Shown piece by piece: positions 37,791 to 51,381 of a stretch of 64,000 bases of DNA. The stretch's first letter is position 1. Every line of letters starts with the position of its first letter. The position numbers and the translations under genes are program-made. The notes under the pieces are model-generated. The model ran no database searches. It saw only the letters and a list, made by a program, of their open reading frames with translations, and was not told where the DNA came from. The DNA is from Octopus sinensis (Eukaryota), in assembly GCF_006345805.1 (NCBI RefSeq), contig NC_042999.1, positions 34,100,001-34,164,000 of the forward strand, read 5' to 3'.

Positions 37791-38734
37791 TCCTCGTTGT
37801 TAACTATTATTTAGATCATCGCCTTAACAACAACAACAACGATAACAATAGTAATGCTGATGATGATTTTGTTCTCAAAATATAATGAAAGAGATAACCT
37901 AAGGACAACAGCCCCATACCGTGCTTACATCATTTTGCACAAAGCCCTTGCATCTCCCCTAATGGAACACATACATGCTTTACTCATCATCATCTTCCAT
38001 GATGAACAAAACGGATGGAAAGATGGATATTATGGATGCTAGAATCAACTGTGAATAAAAAGGCTGGCTGGTTCTTGAAGATTATCACAGCAGGAAAAAA
38101 ACGACTCTCAGCGGCCTTTGGTAGTCTTCCTTTCAGGTGGGTAAAGAGATGTTTGGAAGTATTCTTATTTTCACCAGTTATCAAGAATGTTGTATGTCAC
38201 ACCATGAGCCCTTGGAAAACGGCGTCAGTTCTCTATACTGATACTATAAATATAAACGTTAAACAATATTAATTGCAGTATCTTTCAGGAACTCATTATC
38301 TCCTTTGATATCCTGCTTAGCACCGTTTCCTCTAAGTAAGCTCCTGTATGAAACAAATTGTGGATACAAGGTGAATGAAAACAACCGTTAACTATTTCCT
38401 CTATATAAATATCAAAAATGATCAACAGCTATAAGCACTCACGCATACAATGTAGGCGTGATTGCATCAGAATGGAATTTAAGCTTAACATGCACCAGAG
38501 TTACATCTACCAAGGCAAAGCTACCAAAAACTTGCAACGTCACCCGAGAGAGAGAGACACTGAAATAAAAGTGTTAGAACTTCGGTGCATTTATAAGAAT
38601 CGAGGTGTATGTAGAGAAGATGTGATTAAATACTAACAAATAAGTGAAAAAAAATAAGACAAGGAATGCAAGCTACCAAAACGTAGGGAGGTGTGCTACC
38701 GAACAATGGCAGAAACAAAATTAAGGCAAAAAAC

Positions 38735-39330
38735 ACAATGTCTGCGGAAGGTTGAGTCTTGGATTTCTCTTGTTGGCTGTTCCGGATATTTCCTCCTCAA
38801 ACTCTGCATTTTGGATTCTGGCTCAAAGTGATATTCAGCGACTATTCTCTCCGGAAAAGCTTCGTATTCGTCGTAGTAAAGGTCAGGTAAGCGTTGACAA
38901 ATGTCTATACGATTACGCTTATAAGCTTCGGTAAGATTTCTTCGAACTCATCTCCTACAAACTTTACAAAAGCAAAGCCTGTGGATAACTCCTTATGCAG
39001 AACCGTAACTAATTTGGAGACAATACATTTGATCACGCGTCGATCACCCAGAACCATCTCTCGAACCTGTTGAATCTTCGGGCAGTGGATGTGGGTGATC
39101 GGTGTTCTGCTCCTAAATCGTGCATCATGCTCATCCGACCATTTTTTAAAGTTTTAACCTACTCATACATACTTCTACGCGGTAGAGCAGGATATTCGTA
39201 TAGTACTTCAGCGCCTCAAATACCTTCAGACTATAAAATCAGATCACTGATCTTCCTCCTTCTTTGGTACACACTGGCAGCTGAGTGAACGTGCTTACTC
39301 TGTAACACAAAAAGTGGTGCGATCAACATC
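38735..39330 (-). mobile_element. Decayed mariner transposase, N-terminal two-thirds
   Basis: CTKEE...FKNGR-like...KVCRR*VRRNLTEAYKRNRIDICQRL...FPERIV...YHFEPESKMQS...KTQPSA. Confidence 0.8.
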
Positions 39331-39444
39331 AAATCCATTAACTGAACCATAAGATAATCACATTTTATCACGCGAGCGGAAAAAAACAATTGTGTTTAAC
39401 CTACCGGAAATGTTTGCGACAGTGCGAAAAATCTTTGACTTCTC

Positions 39445-39487
<43 letters not shown>

Positions 39488-39560
39488 GTGTGTGTGTGTG
39501 TGTGTGTGTGAGTGTGTGTATATGTGTGCATGTGTCCGTGTGTGTGTGTCTGTGTGTGTG

Positions 39561-40750
39561 CATTGGATCATTTTATAGATAATGCTATATTTTATACTTC
39601 TTTTACTTTTTAAAATTAAGATAAAAAAAGTGCTTTTTAATCTAAAACTTACTCTCCTTCATTTTCTACAAGGTTGGTCCATCTCTCTGGTAGCCGTGCA
39701 AGGCCCCTCTTCTATAATTCACTTGTATTGTTCTGACCGCGACTAGAGAATTCATATTTTTTCCGTCCAAAGGATTTCCCATTCAAACTTCTCCAGCCTT
39801 TGGAATGTTACCCCCGCTGTATGCGGCTGAGCATTATCCTAATGGAAGAACACCTTTCCCCTTGAAAGCAAAGGTGGTCGCTTTTTTTCCTAGCGCTGAC
39901 ATAAGCTGATGAAGCTGCTCAAAGTAGAACTCCTTTGTTATTGTTTGGTTTGAGTTTGTTATCATTTGGTTCAAAGTGGACTCAACCTTTCATATCCTAT
40001 CAAACAGATAACAACACCTTACGTGGGGTAAAGACCTTCTTCTGCCTGGGATACCAGTGTTTCTTCTTTCCCTACTAACTGTTTTCGAAGCTTGCCATTT
40101 TTATAGAGGACCCATTTCTCGTCTCCAGTTACTATTCGGTCCAAAAAAGTTCATTCGTAAGATGTGACAGCAAGGAAGAGCACACATTCCCTCGCTGCGC
40201 ATGCATACGATAGGAAAATTTGTGAGAAACACATTGACCCAATTTGCTAACTTTTCCGATAGCACACAGGTGTCGAAGAATGGTTGACTGACCAAATCCA
40301 AGCTTCCCTGCCAGTTCCTCAACATTTACGATGAAATTTTATTCCACCAGGGTTTGCAGGACGTCCTCATCGAGTTCTAGATATCTTCCAGGACGAGGCT
40401 CTTCTTCTAGGCTGTAGTTTCTGGCTCGGAATTTCTGAAACCACCGTTGACGCTGGCTTACGCTTATTGTCCGATCCCCATATACCACATTAATATTCCT
40501 TGCGCGTTCCGTTGCGTTGTTGCCTTTATTGAACTCATAAAGCAAAATGTACCGAATATGCTCCTTTGTCACTTCCATTATAGCTTTGAAAAAAATAATT
40601 GTTAAAATCGAACTCCACACTTCGAAACTTGCACTAAGAATAAGTAGAATGTAAAATTACTACCAGACGATCCAGGTAGATTATTCCGCCCCACTCCGAA
40701 TTTTATTTCATGCATTTGAAAAACCACATTGCTTATTGGATGACTCGATA
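39561..40750 (-). mobile_element. Mariner (DD34D) transposon, ~1.2 kb, inactivated
   Basis: HTH region KEHIRYILLYEFNKGNNATERARNINVVYGDRTIS...RWFQKFRARNYSLEEEPRPGR (ORF 40339-40620); DNAQPH near 39825; TIR AAAAACCACATTGCTTATTGGATGACTCGATA ending at 40750; eroded partner TIR near 39561. Confidence 0.88.
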
Positions 40751-41159
40751 CATAATTGTGTGTGTGTGTGTGTGTCTGTATGTGTGTGTATGATCAGATA
40801 TATATATATATAGAGAGAGAGATAAAGAGGGTGAGAGAGAGAGGGAGAGAGGCGAAGAGACAGAAACACAGAGAGTATTGAATTTCAAGCTGTTGACTTA
40901 GTGATGCCTGTAGAAGGCACGTAGAAACATAAATTTGAAGGCAAAAGAAACACGTTGATGATCACTAGGTTCTTTTCCCAGGAAATATTTGAACTCATTG
41001 CCGCTGTCTTATCTTAATATTATAAGGTTTAAAACGAACAATACACCGTGGATCACAAACTCGAGAAAGAAGCAAAAGCTACTTTATCATTGATGCGGCA
41101 ACGAGCATTCGAAAGAATGGCGATACAAGCAAAGAAAATCTTCAGTATGTAGTAATACC

Positions 41160-41387
41160 TATTTCTTTATTACCCACAAGGGGCTAAACACAGAGGGGAC
41201 AAACAAGGACAGACATAGGTATTAAGTCGATTACATCGACCCCAGTGCGTAACTGTTGCTTAATTTATCGACCCCAAAAGGATGAAAGGCAAAGTCGACC
41301 TCGGCGGAATTTGAACTCAGAACGTAGCGGCAGACGAAATACCACTAGGCATTTCGCCCGGCGTGCTAACGATTCTGCCAGCTCGCC
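41160..41387 (-). mobile_element. SINE family A, well preserved
   Basis: Reverse complement of 43164-43390. Confidence 0.88.
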
Positions 41388-41754
41388 GTATGTAGTAATA
41401 CCAATTAGTCACTGCACGTTAGCAGTGGTTGTAGCCAAAGTATTTTCTTATTGTTTTAGTGAAGGCATGGAAGATAGAGAGATAGAAGGTCGTACAAGGT
41501 TGGCCATATGAGATTGGATGTTTTCATGTAAACTAAATGCTGCAGGGCAACACTGTTAAGGACTCGTACAGTAACCACAATTAAATTACATAATCAATGA
41601 GCTTTGAAACTGAGAGTTGATGGAGGAAGTATTTATCAGTATACATCAGTTGCCATATATAATAATTACCAAATATAATAATTACCACACATAAAGTAAT
41701 TGCCACATATAATAATTGCAAATTTTGTCACAAGGCGAACAATTCTGGCGGTGC

Positions 41755-41925
41755 GTGTTAGGCGATCATAACGACCCCAGTGCTCGACTGGTTCTTATTC
41801 TATCAACCCTGAAAGATGAAGAGCGAAGTGAACCTCAGCGGATTTTCAACACAGAGCGTTAAATCGGACGAAATGCCTCTAAGCAATTTACTGGGTAAGC
41901 TAACGATTGTAAGAATTCACCAGCT
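41755..41925 (-). mobile_element. SINE family A, diverged
   Basis: ACGACCCCAGTGCTCGACTGG...GAAAGATGAAGAGCGAAGTGAACCTCAGCGG. Confidence 0.65.
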
Positions 41926-41998
41926 TGAGCATGCTATATTTAATGTGTGGATATTTGTACGGAAATTCGTGTATATACGCTTCTTTCTTTGCCTGTTA

Positions 41999-42073
<75 letters not shown>

Positions 42074-42806
42074 GTTCACCGTTATTTGTTTTAGCTAAAA
42101 TCTGCGGAAGTACCATTAATTTTAGTTTATTTCATTTCATATCCACGTTTGCTTTCTATGAATGAGTTGCGTTTAGACGTCCTTATGTTTCTTGCCCTGC
42201 TGGGTATTCAACTGATATGTCAGATAAAGAAAAAAGATTATCTCAGTGTTTTTGTTTGAATCTATATTTATGTATTTTGAATCACGAAGAAATTTGAACA
42301 AGAAAAGTGTCACTGAAAGTCAGAGCGGATACAGTAATGGTCCCTTATTCTAGATTAAGATGCTGGAACATATACTAATATGCATAGAGCTAGATGCTAG
42401 ATTTGTGTATGTGTATGTGTGTGCGAATGTATAAATATCACCTTCGCTGTGAGGAGTAGAGCCTCACCAATTTTTCCACCAGTCGCTCATCAGTTGTTTA
42501 AATTTCTTCTATTTGGTGTAAAAGCCTTGGACAGCTTTGCGGTCTAGTTTTAGTGTTACACTAATGCGTGCACATTAGTAGTGGAGGGGGAAAGTATTCC
42601 ATTTGACTGGAAACAGTTGTTCCACACAGGACTAACAGGATTTCCAATTTTTTTTTTTTTACTTTTCTGGCTTAAATGATCTCAGATTCCAATCGACCGG
42701 GTCCCCTGTACATATTTGATGTAATATGAACACGAAATGAAGGCATCATTATACACATAAATTTGCAGATAGCTCACTAACTGTGAATACAGGGTGGTAT
42801 TTTCCA

Positions 42807-43038
42807 GCGTCGAGCTGGCAGAAACGTTAGGACGCCGGGCGAAATGCTTAGCGGTATTTCGTCTGCCGTTACGTTGTGAGTTCAAATTCCGCCGAGGTCG
42901 ACTTTGCCTTTCATCCTTTCGGGGTCGATTAAATAAGTACCAGTTACGCACTGGGGTCGATGTAATCGACTTAATCCGTTTGTCTGTCCTTGTTTATCTA
43001 CTCTGTGTTTAGCCCCTTGTGGATAGTAAAGAAATAAG
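42807..43038 (+). mobile_element. SINE family A
   Basis: GAGCTGGCAGAAACGTTAG...GAGTTCAAATTCCGCCGAGGTCGACTTTGCCTTTCATC...TTTAGCCCCTTGTGG...AAAGAAATAAG. Confidence 0.9.
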
Positions 43039-43163
43039 TATTGTCCAGCGTCCTTCACATTCTGAATGCTTAGTCTGATATCTGATCGCTTGGAATAGGT
43101 GACGCATTTCTGAGCAGAATTGTATAGCTCATGCTGTAATTTTGTGTTATTTGGGGTTAAGTC

Positions 43164-43390
43164 GGCGAGCTGGCAGAAACGTTAGCGCAGCGGGCGAAAT
43201 GCTTATTCGTATTACGTCTGCCGTTACGTTCTCAGTTCAAATTCCGCCGAGGTCGACTTTGCCTTTCATCTTTTCGGGGTCTATAAATAAAGTACCAGTT
43301 ACGCACTGGGGTCGATGTAATCGACTTAGTCCCTTTGTCGGTCCTTGTTTGTTCCCTCTATGTTTAGCCCCTTGTGGGCAATAAAAAAAT
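43164..43390 (+). mobile_element. SINE family A, near-tandem second copy
   Basis: Highly similar to 42807-43038, about 125 bp downstream. Confidence 0.9.
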
Positions 43391-43396
43391 ATATAT

Positions 43397-43714
43397 TTAG
43401 GGTTCCCGATTACGCCTGATACATTCGTATCTCCAACGTAGCTGGTGAAAGTGACTGACTGTGAAAATGTGGGCTTGTCTGAGAGAGCCACGACATATAG
43501 GAATGGTACAGTTCTCTACACCAGTACTACCTTCCGCTTTTAAGAAATAGTCATACGACCGCTCCTCTAGTATTTCGACTATTGCAAGGTCAAGCTTTAT
43601 TTTACATATTCCATTCTTGACTTTAGCGAACTCGTTGGCTTGTACAGCTCTACGACTGGACATCGTTTCGTTATGAGTATGCGTTCCATGATTCTCTGTT
43701 GTCATTTTTAGCAT
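43397..43714 (-). pseudogene. Possible decayed RTE-type APE endonuclease fragment
   Basis: RRAVQANEFAKV...DLAIVE.LEERSYDYFLK...TGVE loosely follows the RTE APE pattern (RRTA...EL.R...DIA..E...LEE..YTFFW...GVG). Weak. Confidence 0.3.
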
Positions 43715-44578
43715 CTAACCTCCTTTACTATTCATGTGTATGACATATGACGTCTTGTAATTTTGAAGAAGTTTACTACATGAAAGAAATCCCTGAAAAT
43801 ATATCTCCGGCAGATTTGCAATTGGATTTTTGAATGTCTTCCGCAAATGGCCGATATGGTATTATCTGCATTTTTGTCGCTTCCATCGTAGTTTAATTCT
43901 TCCCTGTGGTGTACAAATCACAAATCACCACCACCCACATCTTTTTCTTATATTAACCAAATAAACACTCTGAAGCTCAAAAGTATTTTAAAGATATTTA
44001 TAAAGATTCATATTCAGTATCAAATATCATTTTACTCTCCACAGCCAATCAAATCTTTTTACTACTTTAATAAATACAGAGGCGAATTATTTTAAAACAG
44101 TTCGTTTTTACAAATTTCAATTACCACAGTTTCTTTATTTGTTCTTTTTATTTGAGTGTGTGCAAACATGTTGCGATCCATGTAAGCGCCGTATTTAAGT
44201 GAGATTACTTGTAGTCGTTTAATTGTTTTTGTTTAGGTTTTGAAATCTTTATTCTTCGTATCCTAACAATTTTACATTTGTAAAAATGTTTTTGCTAGTA
44301 TTGACTCATCTTTCAAACAAATATAATTCACATGGCTGGCATTAAATATGCATACAATAAAATATTTATTCCCACGCATAATATAGGCCTTTATAAATTT
44401 TTCGCAAAAAAATGTAGATAAAATACTATTAATCATGCATATATAGACAAACTTCAAAAGAGAAATATAAGTACGCGGGAATATTCACGTGCACGCACGT
44501 GCACGCGTGCATACCCACAACACATATACACACATACATATATATATACATATCTATCTGGCTATGTATGTATGTATA

Positions 44579-44670
<92 letters not shown>

Positions 44671-44672
44671 GC

Positions 44673-44719
<47 letters not shown>

Positions 44720-44838
44720 TACATAAACACAAACACGTATATATATATATATACATACATATACATATACACATGTGTACATACATATGTATACGCACAC
44801 ACACACATACACACACACACATATATATATATAATATA

Positions 44839-44880
<42 letters not shown>

Positions 44881-44948
44881 GATAGATACCTAAGCATAGA
44901 CTTATTCCCGTGATAACACATACATACACGCACATCTCCCGCTCTCAG

Positions 44949-44986
<38 letters not shown>

Positions 44987-45698
44987 AAGAAAGAGAGAGA
45001 AAGAGAGAGAGATAAATATATATGTGTATATATACCACATATATATAATCATACCTGTTTTCTTTCTTTCTCTCTCAGCATCTCTCTTTCACACCTTCTT
45101 TTCTCTTTTTCTCTTTCTCACTCTCTCTCTCTCTCTCTTTCTCTCGCCCTGTCTTTCGCCACTACCGCCCGCTTATATGTATTTGTCAACACATCCTTCT
45201 TTCATACGTCCATCTATTAAATTTCATTGTCATTTGATACTGTGTGCTGTACAACACTTCGCTCCATGCTCTCTTCGGAATACTACACGCGCATGTGCAC
45301 ACATATAAACGCACGATAAAACACAAAGGGACGTGCGCGTGCACATACGAGAAAACATATACACACGCACGCATGCATTGCATTCTGCTTCCATTAGAAT
45401 ACTACTTAATTGAATAGGTTCAAACAGGTGTGTACTAAATATGCACTGACATGCGAAGCTGAAGCAAGGCTCATGTCAACCAGCCAGCATACATCTATGC
45501 CATTCCATTCGCCTTATGTATTAGTATCGTTAACATTCACACTGTCTTACAGAAATTGTGCTGCACACGTGCACATATGCCATCACTCTCCGGATTCGAT
45601 CTTCCTCTCTCACACACATAGCATTTCTCTGTCGCTCACATATGCAAATATACACACACAGACATACACTACCTCATATCAGTTTTTTTTCTAACTTC

Positions 45699-45731
<33 letters not shown>

Positions 45732-45911
45732 GATACACATGTCTACATATGTATATAGGATGAATATGCAAAGTAAAAGGGAAAGAGAGAGAGAATTAAA
45801 AAGAAAGGTAGTGTACATAGATATGTGTTTGTGTGTGTCTGGGTCTGTATATGGGGGTTGTCATATATAGATAGAAGTACGTATATATCTATCTATCTAT
45901 CTATCTATCTA

Positions 45912-45978
<67 letters not shown>

Positions 45979-46146
45979 TTATACATACATACATGCATAT
46001 TTATTTGCGACTGGCTTCTTTCAGTTTCCGTCTACCAAATCCACTCACGAGGGTCTGGTTGGCCTGCGAATTTAATGAACTTGCCGAAGTTTCCACACGG
46101 TGTGAGTGAATCCACATATATATATTATATATATATATATATATAG

Positions 46147-46198
<52 letters not shown>

Positions 46199-46200
<2 letters not shown>

Positions 46201-46390
46201 GGTCCCGAGTTGAGTCGGGGTTAACCAAAGTAAATAAGGCAACAATACATAGCAGAGTAAAGTAATTTATTTTATAGAAGGAGCTTGTACAGGACTAGAA
46301 CTGTTTCATTCCGATGAAATCTTCAGAAAGCTTCCTGAAGATTTCATCGGAATGAAACAGTTCTAGTCCTGTAGAAGCTCCTTCTATAAA
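46199..46390 (-). mobile_element. Short element containing a 120-bp spacer-less palindrome (46271-46390) with a hammerhead-like core
   Basis: 60-bp arms centred on AAG|CTT with 2 mismatched pairs; CTGAAGA...GAAAC at 46335-46358; (TA)n on both sides. Confidence 0.7.
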
Positions 46391-46402
46391 TATATATATA
46401 TA

Positions 46403-46479
<77 letters not shown>

Positions 46480-47679
46480 TACATATGCATATTTATGTAT
46501 CTTTAAATATGTAGTTATGCATATGTGTGTAGATATGTATGTGTGTGCATATGTCAATAGGCATCCTTTTACATAAACCTGTCTGTGTTTGGTGGTATGT
46601 ATGTGCATATCTGTATTCTCCCTCATGAACGCAATGAATATGTGTGTTCCGTTTCTAAATGTGTATTTATCTGTATCTGAGTGCGCACATTTTGTGAATG
46701 TGTATTTTTTGTGTCCATTTGTGCGTGTGTGTGTCTGTGTGTACGTCTACCTGTGTGCGTCTGTGTGTATGAGGAGAGAGAGAGAGAGAGAGTATGTGTG
46801 TAAATTCGATGCGCACATTTTATTGGAAAGCTCAAATAAAAAATACTACAAATACGTAACAAAACGGGAAGTACTGTTCCTTTGTTTAATGTCACTGACA
46901 TTTGTCTTTTGCTTCTACTGTTCTTTTCGTTGTTGTGCGACGAATATTAGATTACCCGTGTAAATGTTTCATTTAGCTAAAAAAAAAATACAATATATTT
47001 ATATTTGTAGTATTGGGTAACATTCTTCTTTTATACAATTGCAACAAAATTAATGACAGCAGAAAACGTCCTTCTTTCTCTCATATACGTTGCGATAGTT
47101 ATGTCGTTCTTTTTTATAATAATCTTTCAATTCTGTTTCTGTCATCCTACCTTCTATACCTTCGAGGTTTTTAAGCTAAGGACCGGATTTTAATTTTATT
47201 AGCAAGCTTACTTTTATTACTTGACTACATGGTTTTCACTAAAACTGATACTATTTTGCTTCTGAGAAAGGAATGACCACGAAACATAAACCACTGTAGT
47301 GTAATTGGATAGAATGAACAGTATTATTTCTATGGGTTTGTATTGAAACAGAATATATTTTGTTTTATCATCGTTGAAAACGATCAAACCCTTACTCGAA
47401 AAACGTCACGTTTTGCACTAAAGAAAATATAAAATGAACATTACAAATCAATGATTGATCATTTGGTTGCTTAATCGAAATGCTATCCGCAGTGCCCAAG
47501 TCTCGTTAAAATTACAACTGGCGGCCTTAAATAACATCATATGACGGCCTGGAAAATACATTGCTGATGCTTAGCTGGAGATGTCACTGTTCGAATGCCT
47601 TTGCTGAATTTCTTGACACGAGCGAAACAACAAAAAAAAAAAAATGATTAATGAGATCAGATATGCTTTATAATTTAAG

Positions 47680-47955
47680 CACCAGCCCAGGCGTTTTCAA
47701 CATTGGTTTTAAGTCATTTAGATTTGGTCAAATTAGGCCCCGCACCAAGAGAGGACTCCGTGCACAAGTTCGAGCGGAGGACGCTAAAATGAATTTTTAG
47801 AATATCACTGAGCCAAGCGATGGTGATTTAAACTCCTCAACGTTTTTCATCTGAGACTAGGGTACTATACGAAGCACAACACATAAATCGTAGGGTTGAG
47901 GGCCCCACTGACAATTCTCAAATTGGGTCCCGCACTTCGTAGCACCGGACCTACC
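47680..47955. mobile_element. Possible eroded non-autonomous hAT-like element
   Basis: GC-richer block with repeated GG(G/T)CCCCGCAC motifs near both ends; termini eroded. Confidence 0.3.
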
Positions 47956-48525
47956 CGTAGTACTCAAGTTGTACTTATGTTATCGAATCTAAAGTGATAG
48001 AGAAGTCGATTCTGGTAGCAACAGAACGTAGAACGCAAAGAGCCGGCAGATACGTTGACAATCAATTTATTCGACCTTCTTCTAACTATTCTGCCAGCAC
48101 GTAGCTTTCAGTAATATTAAATATTATAAAAATAAATTAAAAAATACTGTTATCAAGGTTTGATTTGAAAATCTTAATATAATCTATGGAACAGCGACAT
48201 GAATGAATTATGTGTAAGTGTTTACTTTTCCGTATTGAATATCGAAGTAAATATTTAAAATTCAGCTTTTGGTTGTTATTGATTGAGTTAAATATTTCTG
48301 AATCTTTTGTAAGTTTATGTAACATAAAATTCATCAGTAACGTAGCTATCGAACGTCAAAGAGTACATTTGGTGTGACAAAAGATTCAGGAAAACCATAG
48401 CGTTTCCGCTTTAAGCACTAATACATATAAACAAATTTACTTAGTAACAAACAAGAATACAAATAGGCATGCTAATATACACACACAAAAACACGCGCGC
48501 ACACACCTACATTATAATATATATA

Positions 48526-48566
<41 letters not shown>

Positions 48567-48621
48567 ATATATATATATACATTACATACTAATATATATA
48601 TATCTGTATGTATTATGTATG

Positions 48622-48673
<52 letters not shown>

Positions 48674-49696
48674 GTGACTGCTCCATTTTCGCAGATGATT
48701 GCCGTCTCATTGCACATCATGGATGTGAAAGGCATTTCTAAATTTACGCCAATGACTTTTCCGCTGACTTTTCAGTCGCGTTATAGAACTACATATTCTG
48801 AGCTACAGGTAAGAAACCAAAGCTCCCAACAAATTAGCTCTGCACATACCGCAACTGTTCCTTTCACCATAGGACTTTGAGTAGATGGAATGAGAAATAA
48901 GGCCACACTAAAGAGACATCTATGCGCCGTGGGTTTATGGTGATAAACACTTGTACAATGCGGGTAACACTGCCTGATTGTCCGTGGTCAATACATGGTG
49001 ACACCCCGAAGCATGATAACCAGCTAGGTGTTCACCAAAACCGGTGGCTTTATTGCCCACCCTCACACCAGTCAAGGGTATTTCTGCGACCCACGTTCAG
49101 ATGGATTCCCATCAAATATGCTAACAATGAAGAGAAATACGTACGTGCATAGAAATATATATATATATATATATATGCATTCTCACAGATACACACACAC
49201 ACACACACACACATAAGAACGTATGCTGACGGATAAATAAATTGATAAGAAAAAGCGGATACCTGTTGTTTTTATTTAATCCACTTTTGCTATAAGTGAG
49301 TGTCCCGATAGAACCCTTAATTATAACTCAAATGCCATACGATTGTGTAAAATATATAAGTGGCCCGCAGTTTCGACGCTCGACCGCCAGAATCGAAATT
49401 AATACCTAGATTGAAATTTTTATTTTAATAATATTTATGTTACTAAAACATATTTGTTAGCGTACCGATTAAATTTATAGCAAAGGGTCAACGTGAATGA
49501 AATATAGAAATAGAATACACTCATACCAAGACTACATTCCTCACTCTGATCCCTATATGAATTAAAATATTTCGAAGCTCCCCAAGAAGCAATGATATAT
49601 AAAAACATCGCACTAACGATTTTTGTCTTTCGAACGACTTAAACAAGTGAAAATTCATTCCTTACAACAATACTGCGAGCGCTACTTCACTTCGAA

Positions 49697-49755
<59 letters not shown>

Positions 49756-50052
49756 CGTGTGTGTGTGTGTATGTGTGTGTGTAATATATATATACTGGGA
49801 TGGATTGTTCCTACTAAAAAATCTTCAATGTGGTGCTCCAGCATAGACGCAGTCAAATGACTGATAGAATTTAAAGAGAAAAGATTAAATAATATAATAT
49901 ATATATAATATATATAATATATATATATCATATATAGATATATACATATATATATTGTATATTATATTATATATATTTATATAATATATATATATATATA
50001 TATACATATATACATATATATATATGTATATATTATATATATATATATTTAT

Positions 50053-50084
<32 letters not shown>

Positions 50085-50454
50085 TACATATATATAATAT
50101 GTATATAATATACATATATATCATTGCATAAACAATCTTAATATGAAATTTACAATCATTCGACGCAAGTATCCCGTGCTACATGCTCCATATATAAACC
50201 CCTATATAAATAGGCTCAACAGGCATACCAGCATTGCAATATTATCATTCATTTCAAGAGGGCCAGGTATATTTAACATTATCTTATAAAAGAATGAAGA
50301 AAATGTGTTCAATAATCAGCAAACTATAACTTGACAAATTTCTTCAAGAGATACCAGACAAACTAATGCTGCTTGATAGATCTCAGAATGGACCTACTTG
50401 AATGAGGTGTCAATTAAAGGGATTCTATCAGGTTGTGATATTAAGTAGACATAA

Positions 50455-50650
50455 GCGGGAAGCTGAAAGAATTGTTAGTACAGTGAGCAAAATGTTTAGC
50501 GCTGCATCACAGGTATTCGTGTTCTGAGTTCAAATTCAGCCGAGGTCGAATTTACCTTTAATCATTTCGGGGTCAATAAAATACGTACCATTTGTGTACT
50601 TAAGTACTTGCCCCTCACTCCGCCGAAATGACTGGACTGGTGCCAAAATT
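50455..50650 (+). mobile_element. SINE family A, diverged
   Basis: GTTCTGAGTTCAAATTCAGCCGAGGTCGAATTTACC...TTTCGGGGTCAATAAA. Confidence 0.7.
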
Positions 50651-50680
50651 TATATCGATATTAAGTAGTCATATATGTAT

Positions 50681-50777
<97 letters not shown>

Positions 50778-50855
50778 AATATATATATATATATAATAGA
50801 AATATTAAAATAACTAAGTCTCTCTAAAAGAGAACAGCGGCAGCGTTCCCGGAAA

Positions 50856-51108
50856 ATAATAGTTATCGCCATACTAATATGGCATTCTTATAAAAATAAG
50901 AAAAAAGCTGTCCGCTTATTAGCTCCATGAGGCCATCGCCTTAAGTTAGCTAGTGTGGAGCGACTGACCTCCCTTGTTCGAAGGTTATATGGATACAGTT
51001 TGTGTATCAAATAGCTAACTTAAGGCGATGGCCTCATGGAGCTAATAAGCGGACAGCTTTTTTCTTATTTTTATAAGAATGCCATATTAGTATGGCGATA
51101 ACTATTAT
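50856..51108. mobile_element. MITE/foldback with perfect 97-bp inverted repeats and a 59-bp spacer
   Basis: 50856-50952 is the exact reverse complement of 51012-51108, checked base by base. Confidence 0.9.
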
Positions 51109-51149
51109 ATATATATATATATATATGCAGATATATATTTATGTATATC

Positions 51150-51330
51150 ATTTACTGGCTTGAATCATTTGATTGAGACGCTGCTCGAGCACTGTCTTTA
51201 GTCGAACAAATCGTCCTCAGGCCGTATCCTTCTGAGCCTAGTACTTATTCTATCGGTGTCTTTTGCCGAACCCATAAATTACGGGGACGTAAACATACCA
51301 ACATTGTTTGTCAAGCGATGTTGGGGTGAT
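51150..51330 (-). mobile_element. SINE family B 3' half
   Basis: Reverse complement of GTTTACGTCCCCGTAA...GGCAAAAGACACCGATAGAATAAGTACTAGG. Confidence 0.75.
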
Positions 51331-51340
51331 AAACATAAAC

Positions 51341-51381
<41 letters not shown>

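Noticed and set aside
38755-38892. Plus-strand exon ending at CAG|GTAAGC
   Set aside because: It lies inside the minus-strand mariner fossil, so the donor-like site is probably incidental.
43440-43545. Plus-strand peptide LVKVTDCENVGLSERATTYRNGTVLY, resembling cadherin or Cys-loop receptor motifs
   Set aside because: It is bounded by stops, lacks splice signals and other family motifs, and the opposite strand holds the longer open frame.
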